Below, piece after piece: positions 28,323-36,207 of a DNA stretch of 64,000 nt. Every line of letters starts with the position of its first letter. Positions within the stretch are counted from its first letter, which is position 1. Origin of the DNA: Alphaproteobacteria bacterium (GTDB taxonomy: Bacteria; Pseudomonadota; Alphaproteobacteria; MPNO01); the NCBI GenBank assembly GCA_965248835.1, contig CBDFLJ010000001.1, positions 736,001 to 800,000 of the forward strand, written 5' to 3'. The translations under genes and the position numbers were made by a program. The notes beneath the pieces are model-generated. The model did not search any database, was not told where the DNA came from, and saw only the letters and a program-made list of their open reading frames with translations.

Positions 28323-29972
28323 TCACGCCAGACCGAATCCCGGCAGCTCGTCGGCGGTGAAATCGGGCGAGGTCGGGCCGAAGGGAATTTCCGCGCCCGG
28401 TGCCGGCGGCGGCGCAGGCGGCTTGGCGAGGACGACTTCGGCGCTCAGCATCATGCCGGCAACCGAAGCCGCGTTGCGCAGCGACGCGCGCACGACATCG
28501 AGCGGATCGGTGATGCCGGCCTCGACCATGTTCTTGACCACGCCGTCGCGCACATCGAAGCCGAGACCGGAATCCTCGCTCTGGGCGATCCCGGCGGCGA
28601 TGGCCCTGCCGGGCGCGCCGGCGTTGTCCGCGATCTGGCGCAACGGGGCCGCGAGCGCTGCGGCAAGGATCCGCGCGGCCGGATCATCGGCGGCAAGCGC
28701 GCGCGCGGCATGGAGCAGGGCCGCGCCGCCGCCCGGCACCACCCCGCCGACAAGCGCCGCCCGGGCTGCACGCGCGGCATCGCGCACGCGCTCGGAGTCG
28801 ATGGCGATCTCGGCTTCGGAGGCGCCGCCGACCCTCACCACGGCAACGCCGCCGGACAGGCGGGCCAGCCGGTCCTGCAGCAGGCTGCGGTCGTAGTCGA
28901 TCCTGGCCAGGCCCATGGCGATGCGGATCTCGGCCTGCCGATCCGCGATCAGGGCGGGATCGCCGTCGCCTTCGATGATCAACGTGTCGTCCTTGGAGAC
29001 CTGGATGCGGCGCGCGCCGCCCAAGACTTCCGAGCCGGCACTTGCAAGCGACAAGCCCTTGTCCTCGGCGACCACGTGCGCGCCGGTGAGCGTCGCCGCA
29101 TCCTCCAGCGCCGCGCGGCGGCGGTCGCCGAAATGGGGCGCGCGGGCCGCGACCAGGTGCAGTCCGCCGCGGATCTTGTTGGTGGTCAGCGTCTGGAGCG
29201 CCTCGTCCTGGATCGTCTCGGCGATCACGGCGAGCGGCCGGCGGGCGCGGACGGCGGCCTCGAGCAGCCGCAGCAGCGGCTCGTGCCGGTCGAGCTTGCC
29301 GTCGTAAAGCAGGATCAACGGGCGGTCGTATGCGCACAGCAGCGTGTCGGGATCGGTCATGAAATAGGGGCTCGCATAGCCCTGGTCGAAGCGGATGCCG
29401 CGGACGATCTCGCAGGCGGTCTCGCGCGCCTGACCCGGCTCGACCGAAACCACGCCGTCGACGCCCACCGCCTCGACGGCACGGGCGGCGATCGCGCCGA
29501 TCCGGGCATCGCCGGCGGCGGCGGCGGTGGCGAGGCGCGCCAGCGCGGGCCCGGGCTCGACCGGCCTCGCCGCGGCCTCGAGTGCGGCCAGCACGCTCAG
29601 CACCGCGCGGTCGAGCCCGGTCTTGAGCGCCAGCGGATCGATCCCGGCCGCGGCCAGGCTCAGCCCCTGGTCGAGGATCTCCGCGGCGAGCACGGCCGCG
29701 GTGGTCCGGCCGTCGCCCGCCTCCTCGGCGCTGTGCCGCGCGGCCTGGCGGATCAACCGCGCCCCCATGTCCGCGAAGCGGTCGGCGAGCTCGATCTCCT
29801 CGGCAATCCGCGCGCCGTCACGGGTCGCACGCGGCGCGCCCCCCGCGGCCTCGATCAGGACCGTCCGCCCCGCCGGCCCCAGGCTCACCCGCACCGCATC
29901 GGCCAGGACGCGGGCACCGGCCGCAAGCCGGAGCCGCGCCGGGCCGCCGAACGCCAGATGGGCAATCGCCAC
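28323..29972 (-). CDS. Divergent GroEL/Cpn60-like chaperonin, no adjacent groES
   Basis: LADAVRVSLGPAGR, AGDGRTT, FDQGYASPYF, APHFGDRRR, LARLSGGVAVVRVGGASE, GITDP. Confidence 0.9.
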   Translation of the reverse strand: MAIAHLAFGGPARLRLAAGARVLADAVRVSLGPAGRTVLIEAAGGAPRATRDGARIAEEIELADRFADMGARLIRQAARHSAEEAGDGRTTAAVLAAEILDQGLSLAAAGIDPLALKTGLDRAVLSVLAALEAAARPVEPGPALARLATAAAAGDARIGAIAARAVEAVGVDGVVSVEPGQARETACEIVRGIRFDQGYASPYFMTDPDTLLCAYDRPLILLYDGKLDRHEPLLRLLEAAVRARRPLAVIAETIQDEALQTLTTNKIRGGLHLVAARAPHFGDRRRAALEDAATLTGAHVVAEDKGLSLASAGSEVLGGARRIQVSKDDTLIIEGDGDPALIADRQAEIRIAMGLARIDYDRSLLQDRLARLSGGVAVVRVGGASEAEIAIDSERVRDAARAARAALVGGVVPGGGAALLHAARALAADDPAARILAAALAAPLRQIADNAGAPGRAIAAGIAQSEDSGLGFDVRDGVVKNMVEAGITDPLDVVRASLRNAASVAGMMLSAEVVLAKPPAPPPAPGAEIPFGPTSPDFTADELPGFGLA

Positions 29973-29975
29973 CGG

Positions 29976-30140
29976 CTAGCGTCCCGCCTTCGCCGCGCGG
30001 CGGTAGCGGGGGAAACAGCGCCGGAGCATCCCGTTCATGCAGGATTCGAAGCCCGGCCCGAAGGCCGCGCGCATGAGCACGCCGAACCGCTTGCCGACGC
30101 CTTCGAGCGAGATCCGCGCATCGGAGCCGCCGCCGGTCAT
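29976..30140 (-). pseudogene. Probable ABC-transporter deletion remnant (54-codon ORF)
   Basis: Begins like an ABC ATPase N-terminus (ARISLEGVGKRFG) but has no Walker motifs. Confidence 0.45.
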
Positions 30141-30154
30141 ATCGGCCGAGGCGA

Positions 30155-30673
30155 TCAGACCGGGAACACCAGGTTGTTGTCGATCATCACGGTATCGTAG
30201 ACGCACCTTCGGTCCTTGATCAGCAGCGTATCGCCGTTGCGGACCAGGACGTCATAATACTTGCCGACCTGCTGGATAGTGCTGGGTCCATCGACCAGGG
30301 TCTGGACCAGCATATAGCTCGCCTGCGCGGTGATGGTCGGCTCGTCGACGGCGAGGATGCGGGTGTTGGTGATGCGAAGCTGCAGGTAGCGCGGGGCGTA
30401 CATCTCGGTGTGGCGCAGCGCGAAGGCGCGGTCCTTCAGCATCGCCTTGCCTTCGCAATAGACCAGGCCGAGCGGCAGGCCGTGATCGTCGTTGTCGCGC
30501 GCGATCACCTTGTAGTTGGCGTCCTCGGTGAAGAACTCGGGCCAGCTCTCGATCTCGCCGCGCTCCAGCACCGCGGCATACTCGTAATAGAACTCCTCGA
30601 CCTCCATCCGCACCTCGCGGAGCGACGCGCGGCTCGTCGGCCCTTGGGCCTCGACCGGGACCCGGCTCGCCAT
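30155..30673 (-). CDS. Ring-hydroxylating oxygenase beta subunit (NagH/AndAd-like)
   Basis: WPEFFTEDA.YKVIAR, LVYCEGK.MLKDR, GKYYD, CVYDT..I.N.LVFPV. Confidence 0.9.
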   Translation of the reverse strand: MASRVPVEAQGPTSRASLREVRMEVEEFYYEYAAVLERGEIESWPEFFTEDANYKVIARDNDDHGLPLGLVYCEGKAMLKDRAFALRHTEMYAPRYLQLRITNTRILAVDEPTITAQASYMLVQTLVDGPSTIQQVGKYYDVLVRNGDTLLIKDRRCVYDTVMIDNNLVFPV

Positions 30674-30834
30674 CGCTAAGTGGCCGCACTCGGCAGGCGC
30701 GTCATGCCTTCCCCGAGCCGGCATCGCTCGCGGGCGCGGCACCAAGGGTGCCGGCTCCGCGCGGCTTCGCCGCATGTCCGGGATGAGGGGCCGGGCCGCC
30801 GTGGTCGTCGCACCGGATCGCTCTCCGCCTGCGC

Positions 30835-32109
30835 CTACAACGCCATCACTTGCCGGTAATAGCGGTACATCGCCCGGATCGCGCGTTCGGTGATGATCGT
30901 CGCCGAGTTCTCGTCGTCGTCGCCGAGCATCGCAAGGCCGACCCGAGGCATCGAGCGGCGCAGGCCTTCCTGCAGGAACTTCAGCGCTTCGTTGTCCTCG
31001 ATACCGAGGAACCCGCCGGGCCCGAAGACGTTGTTCTGGCGCAAGCGGTGGCGGGTCATCTCCTCGTCGTCGGAGGCCCGGCCGAAGACGGCCCAGATCA
31101 TCATCAACTCGTTCGGCCCGCGCGGCACGATGATCCGCGTGTTCAGGATGTTGGTCTGGCGCAGCGCGCTGAGGTTGGGGAAGATCGTCATCGCCACGCC
31201 CGACCAGGGCGAATCGCCGAACTCCCGAACGAAATTGAGCACGCTGGGATCGTTCAGCTCATAGCCCTCGCGGAAGGCCTGCATGTTGGCCCGCTCTTCC
31301 TCGTCGACCTGCGGGGCGCCGTCGGGCCGGCGTGACTTGAGCGCGCTGTGACGCCCGCTCGGATCGACCAGGATGTCGGATTCGTTGCTGGTCACGAACA
31401 GGCCGAATGTCGTCAGGTAGGTGTGCAGCAGCGTCGCGTGATAGGGGTCCTTCAGGTTCTCCTGATAGAGCTTCCAGTTGCCGGGCAGGATGTTGCGGTG
31501 GAGGCCCAGCAGGCGCAGCTCCTCGCCCGGAAAGATCGAGTTGAATTGCTCCAGGATCTCCGGTCCGAGATAGTCCTCCAGCGGCACGGTCTCTGCCGAG
31601 GCGGTCACGAAAATCGTGCCGTGATGGGTCTGGACCTTGAATTTCCGCAGCCCGTGTTCGTCCATCTCGAAGGCGCGCGTCATGCCGCCTTTGCCCTTGA
31701 CCCCGCGGCGGAACGGGATCGCGACCAGATTGCCTTTCAGGTCGTAGGTCCAGTTGTGATAGGGGCAGATGAAGGTCTCGGTGTTGCCGCGGTACTCGCG
31801 GCAGTACTCGACCCCGCGGTGGGCGCAGCGGTTTTCGAAGACGTGGATCTCGCCGTCCATGTCCCTTGTGACCACCACCGGTATGTCACCGACGAAGGAG
31901 CGGAAATAGTCGCCCGGGTTCGGCGCCTCGCATTCCAGGCCGACGAAGTTCCAGTGCCTGCCAAGGAAGATCCGTTCCTGCTCCAGCGCATAGATGCGAG
32001 GATCGGTATAGATCCAGTCCGGCACCTCGCCCTCGTCGGCGGGCCACAGCAGGTCGACCGGCGGCTCGGCGGGAACCGCGGCGCGGTAACAGCCTTCGAT
32101 CGTATCCAT
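30835..32109 (-). CDS. Rieske oxygenase alpha subunit (salicylate hydroxylase NagG/anthranilate AndAc class)
   Basis: CAHRG...CPYHNW, NWKLYQENLKDPYHATLLH, GPGGF...ED. Confidence 0.92.
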   Translation of the reverse strand: MDTIEGCYRAAVPAEPPVDLLWPADEGEVPDWIYTDPRIYALEQERIFLGRHWNFVGLECEAPNPGDYFRSFVGDIPVVVTRDMDGEIHVFENRCAHRGVEYCREYRGNTETFICPYHNWTYDLKGNLVAIPFRRGVKGKGGMTRAFEMDEHGLRKFKVQTHHGTIFVTASAETVPLEDYLGPEILEQFNSIFPGEELRLLGLHRNILPGNWKLYQENLKDPYHATLLHTYLTTFGLFVTSNESDILVDPSGRHSALKSRRPDGAPQVDEEERANMQAFREGYELNDPSVLNFVREFGDSPWSGVAMTIFPNLSALRQTNILNTRIIVPRGPNELMMIWAVFGRASDDEEMTRHRLRQNNVFGPGGFLGIEDNEALKFLQEGLRRSMPRVGLAMLGDDDENSATIITERAIRAMYRYYRQVMAL

Positions 32110-32192
32110 GTCCGGTCTCCGGGTTCAGTGATCGCTCGCTGCCGAGTATCCGTCCCGCTGCGGCCGTTCACAAGGCCCAAAACGGCGCGCGC

Positions 32193-33044
32193 CTACGCCA
32201 TCGCCGCCAGCTCTTCGAGAAGATAGGTCCGGAACAGGGCATAGTTCTCGACCATCGGGAAATGGCCGATCCCCTTCATCACCGTGAACCGGCATCCGGG
32301 GATCGCCTCGGCGACGGCCCGGGTCATCTCCGGCGTCGCCGAATAGTCGAATTCGCCGGTCAGGAGCGAGACCCGGCACCGGTTGGTGTCGATGCGCTTG
32401 ATGTCCTCGCGCGCGTCCCAGTCCTCGCAATAGTAGTAGACGTCGCCCTTGTAGACGCCGGGGCCGGACTGGCTGTAGTACCACCAGTTCTCGCGGCAGC
32501 CGGGCTCCGGCGAGGCCGGGCCGTTGAGCCCGTAGGTGTAGCACGCCGCGAGCTCCCCGCCGTGGATCGCGGGGTGGTGGAGAAAGGCGTTGTCGCGGCC
32601 CTCGGCGAAGGCGGTGCTCTCCAGCCCGACGATCCCGGTGAGTTCGTCCTGGTGGTCGGCGGCAACCTTGAGGACGATCGCCCCGCCCATCGAGCATCCC
32701 ATCACCACCGGACGCTCCAGCCCCAGCGCGCGCCAGAAATCGCGGATCAGCCCGAGATAGACCGCGGTCGTCAGCCGGTACTTCTCCAGCCACCATTCGC
32801 CCGGCGGGTTCGATCGGCCGTGAAACGGCAGGTCGAAGGCGATCACCCGGAACCGGTCGGTGATCGCGGCATCGTTCAGCACATGGCGGAACTGGCGGCT
32901 GTCCGCACCGGCGGTGTGCAGGCAGATCAGCGGTCGGCCGGCGCCGGCCTCCTCGTAGTAGATGCGCTGCGCCCGGCCGCCGCTGGTGAGGTTGACATAG
33001 CGCCCGACTATCGGCTCGTGCCCGGCGAAATCGGTATCAGCCAT
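32193..33044 (-). CDS. Alpha/beta hydrolase
   Basis: LHTAG, DLPFHG, GCSMGG nucleophile elbow, GHFP. Confidence 0.88.
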   Translation of the reverse strand: MADTDFAGHEPIVGRYVNLTSGGRAQRIYYEEAGAGRPLICLHTAGADSRQFRHVLNDAAITDRFRVIAFDLPFHGRSNPPGEWWLEKYRLTTAVYLGLIRDFWRALGLERPVVMGCSMGGAIVLKVAADHQDELTGIVGLESTAFAEGRDNAFLHHPAIHGGELAACYTYGLNGPASPEPGCRENWWYYSQSGPGVYKGDVYYYCEDWDAREDIKRIDTNRCRVSLLTGEFDYSATPEMTRAVAEAIPGCRFTVMKGIGHFPMVENYALFRTYLLEELAAMA

Positions 33045-33435
33045 CGAGCGGCTCCATCGATTTCAGGATGTTCATCATCCGGTGCAAGGCGCGCGCGTTC
33101 TGCATCGCGGCCAGCGAATCGCCGTCGATGTCGAACTCCGGCACCCGCATCAGCATGGCAAAGAAGTCGTGATAGAGCGGCTCCGGGTGGGGCTTGATGA
33201 ATTTCTTCCACACGCTCATCGGCGCGCGGATCGAGAAGCTTGCCGGGCGGTCGAAGCGCGGCCGCTGTTCGATCCGCTCGATGCGGCCCGCGCGCACCGT
33301 CAGGAGAAAATCGTTGCCCCCGAAGGAGAGCTTGAACGCGGTGTTGAACCACTCGCCGATGACCGCCATCTCGCGGTCGGCGTTGACGATTTCCCGGTAG
33401 CGCTCCATCCACGCCAGGGTCGGGACATCCTGCAT
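33037..33435 (-). CDS. Small SCP2-like hypothetical protein
   Basis: 132 aa; VNAD.E, F.I.A....W.KF pattern; overlaps the hydrolase start. Confidence 0.65.
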   Translation of the reverse strand: MQDVPTLAWMERYREIVNADREMAVIGEWFNTAFKLSFGGNDFLLTVRAGRIERIEQRPRFDRPASFSIRAPMSVWKKFIKPHPEPLYHDFFAMLMRVPEFDIDGDSLAAMQNARALHRMMNILKSMEPLDG

Positions 33436-33474
33436 CGGCCCGCTCTCACACCCGCTCGAAATTTCGCTGCCGCC

Positions 33475-34692
33475 TCAATACTGGCCGCGCGGCTCCAGGC
33501 CGAACGCCATCTGGCCGTACATCGAGGAGACCGCGTCCCAGTTGAGGCTGATGTGATGCGCCACCGCGTGGATGTCGCGCCACGCCCGCTGAACCTGGTT
33601 GGACAGATGCAGGCCCGGACCGCCGGTTGCGGCATACAGCGCATCGATCCCATCGCAGGCCAGCTTGACGATGAAGGCCTGGGTCAACCGGTTGTGGATG
33701 CGGCGGTCGACGCCGATCGGCGCGCCGGCGGCGGCCATCGCCTCGGTTTCGCGCAAATCGCTCAGGATCAGGCTGCGCCCGGCGTTGAAGTGCGCCTGCG
33801 CCTGGCCCAGCCGCGACTGGATGTGCGGGAATTCGGCCATCCTGCTGCCGCCCATCACGACCGCACCGCGGGTCTTGCGCCCGCCCACGTCGTCGATGAA
33901 GCCATCGATCGCGCCCTTGAGCGCGCCCAGCGCCGGCGTGCAGATCGCCGCCGGCAGGCCGGCCATCATCGGGATGCCGTAGAGCGGCGCGGTGTTGACC
34001 TGGCGGCCCGGCGCGTTGCCGGACGTCAGGTCGGCAAAACTTATCCGGCGATGAGACGGGATGAACACGTCATCGCACACGACATCCTTGCTGCCGGTCG
34101 CGGCCAGGCCCACGGTGTGCCAATCGTCGTGGACGCGGTAGTCGCTCCGAGGCACCAGCGTGAAGCCCGGCACCGGCTTGTCGCCGCCATCCTCGGGCGG
34201 GAAGAAGACACCGATCAGCGCCCAGCCGGAGTTGTCGACGTTGGAGGCGAACGACCACGAGCCGCTCAGCCGCCAGCCGCCGGCGACGGTCCGGCAGGTA
34301 CCGGCCGGCGCGTAGCTGCCGCAGATCAGCGCGCCCGGATCCTCGGCGATCACCTCGTCCTGCGCCGCGATCGGGAACAGCGCGAGCAGCCAGTTGTGGA
34401 CGATGCCCAGGTTGGTGCACCAGGCGGTCGAAGCGCATCCGGCGCCGAGCGCCAGCGCGATCTCGGTCAAGGTCGAGAAATCGTATTCGAAGCCGCCGTA
34501 GCGGCGCGGCTGGAGGATCTTGAAGATCCCGAGCGCACGGATCTCCTCGATCGTTTCGGCGGACACGCAGCGCGCGGACTCCGCCTCGGCCGCGCGCGCG
34601 CGGATCGCCGGGACCAGCGATTCGGCCCGGGCGATCAGCGTCTGCCTGTCGGGCGCGGTCTCCGTGCGGTGGGATTTTTCGATGCCGTCCAT
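33475..34692 (-). CDS. Acyl-CoA dehydrogenase-fold flavin-dependent monooxygenase (HsaA/C2-HpaH-like)
   Basis: QPRRYGG.E, CASTAW, GSWSFASN, DW...GL.ATGS, QRAWRDIHA...H. Confidence 0.88.
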   Translation of the reverse strand: MDGIEKSHRTETAPDRQTLIARAESLVPAIRARAAEAESARCVSAETIEEIRALGIFKILQPRRYGGFEYDFSTLTEIALALGAGCASTAWCTNLGIVHNWLLALFPIAAQDEVIAEDPGALICGSYAPAGTCRTVAGGWRLSGSWSFASNVDNSGWALIGVFFPPEDGGDKPVPGFTLVPRSDYRVHDDWHTVGLAATGSKDVVCDDVFIPSHRRISFADLTSGNAPGRQVNTAPLYGIPMMAGLPAAICTPALGALKGAIDGFIDDVGGRKTRGAVVMGGSRMAEFPHIQSRLGQAQAHFNAGRSLILSDLRETEAMAAAGAPIGVDRRIHNRLTQAFIVKLACDGIDALYAATGGPGLHLSNQVQRAWRDIHAVAHHISLNWDAVSSMYGQMAFGLEPRGQY

Positions 34693-34736
34693 CGCGGCGG
34701 AGTCTGGGGCAATCACCCCGGTTTGTAAATTGCCGC

Positions 34737-35666
34737 TCAGGCGGCGAGCCGGTGCCTGGCGAGGAATCCGTCGAGCGCGGCAAGGCACGCCGCCGGCTTT
34801 TCGAGCTGCAGCATGTGGCCGGCGCCCTGGATCACGACGTAGTCGTAACCCCCTTCCTCGGCCATCGCCTGGTTGACCGCAGCCGTCGGCGAGGGCCGTT
34901 CGAGGTCCGGGTCGGCGCCGATCAGCAGCACCGGCCCGGCGAAATCCGCGGCCCTGGGCCACAGGTTCATCGGGATGTTGGCCACATAGGTCGCCGCTTC
35001 CAACGCACCGGGGAAGACCAACGTCCAGTCCCCTGCCCCCTCGTCGCGCTGCAGGACCGAACGGGCCATCACGGCATGGCTTCCGGCCACCCAGTTCGCG
35101 TGCGCCCGGCCGCCGGCATATTCGGCCGCGAGCGCGGCCGGATCCGCGAAGCGGTGTTGCCGTGCCCGGGCCCATTCGGCCAAGCGGTGCTCGAAGCGGA
35201 CCATCATGTCGTAGAGCCGATGCCCTTCGGGCGGGATGTCGGGCGGATCGAACAGCGCCAACCCGTCCCAGCGCCAGGCGGCATCGAGCGCATCGCGCAT
35301 CGCCGCGCGGCCGGCCATCGAATGGAACGCGCCGACCGACCGCTTGGCGCCCAGCCGGTCGGTCACGCCGTCATGGATGGCGGCGATGTCGCGCGCCATG
35401 TGCGGGTAGTCGTGGTTGGGCTCCGCCCGGGGGATGTTGCGGCCATGGTTGCGCATGTCGAAGACGATCACCTCGTGGCGGGCGCACAGCGGCAGCCAGA
35501 ACGGCAGATAGCCGTCGATCGCGAACCCGTTGCCGTGACTGACGAAGATCCGCAACCGCGCGGACGCGACGCCATAGCGCCGCACAAGGATCCGCGCGCC
35601 GTCGCCCATCGCCAGATCGAAGCGCTCCAGGGGCTCGGGAACCGTCAATTCGGGCACGCGCGCCAT
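34737..35666 (-). CDS. Alpha/beta hydrolase
   Basis: SHGNG, DMRNHG, FHSMAG, GHMLQLEKP. Confidence 0.82.
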   Translation of the reverse strand: MARVPELTVPEPLERFDLAMGDGARILVRRYGVASARLRIFVSHGNGFAIDGYLPFWLPLCARHEVIVFDMRNHGRNIPRAEPNHDYPHMARDIAAIHDGVTDRLGAKRSVGAFHSMAGRAAMRDALDAAWRWDGLALFDPPDIPPEGHRLYDMMVRFEHRLAEWARARQHRFADPAALAAEYAGGRAHANWVAGSHAVMARSVLQRDEGAGDWTLVFPGALEAATYVANIPMNLWPRAADFAGPVLLIGADPDLERPSPTAAVNQAMAEEGGYDYVVIQGAGHMLQLEKPAACLAALDGFLARHRLAA

Positions 35667-35724
35667 ACTCCGGGCCGGCCGGGTAAAGAATATCCTTGCC
35701 GGAGCCGGCAACCGGCTCCAACAG

Positions 35725-36205
35725 GGGCGAACGGGGGCATCCTTTCGGCGCCGGCCTCGGCGCGGCGCACCTTGAGGCCGGTCGGCCGCGTTCCGGCGCC
35801 CGCCCCGCCGCAAGCTTGAACCGAGGGTTCGACCGCAAGGCGCCGCAATCGTCTCCGTCCTGTTGGCCGCAGGCGCTCGCGCATAGGCGCAAGCGCATCG
35901 TCCGGGCCGGCGTGCGGGTGATCATGGACGGGTCGCGGCGGTCCCGGATGGACAAGGCCGGCGTCTCGGCCAGGCCGAGGCGGCGTTCCGCCCGGCGCGG
36001 CGGAACCGGGCCGCCATCGAAGACCGCCGCCGCTTCCTTGCGCCGGATGGCCCGCAGATCGAAGGGAGGAACGGTGTCGCGGGTCACGGCGGGGGCGGCG
36101 TTTTAGTTGCGCGCGAAGAAACCCGCCTCGACGGCGAATTTCTACGCCGGAACGACCGATTACCATGCCTGCCAACCCGAATTCAGGACCGGCACGAATA
36201 ATCCG
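35725..36205 (-). mobile_element. Decayed, internally deleted IS1380-family element
   Basis: MTRDTVPPFDL...FDGG...AERRLGLAE...IRDRRDP...DGDDC.ALR.NP.FKLAAGRAPE resembles an IS1380 transposase N-terminus; KVRRAEAGAE.M..FA in another frame; possible terminal CCGGATTATTCG next to the autotransporter stop; boundaries approximate. Confidence 0.7.
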
Positions 36206-36207
36206 GC

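Noticed and set aside
28323-29972. Housekeeping groEL
   Set aside because: No adjacent groES, no CIRCE-like element seen, altered nucleotide-binding motifs and no GGM tail; gene symbol withheld
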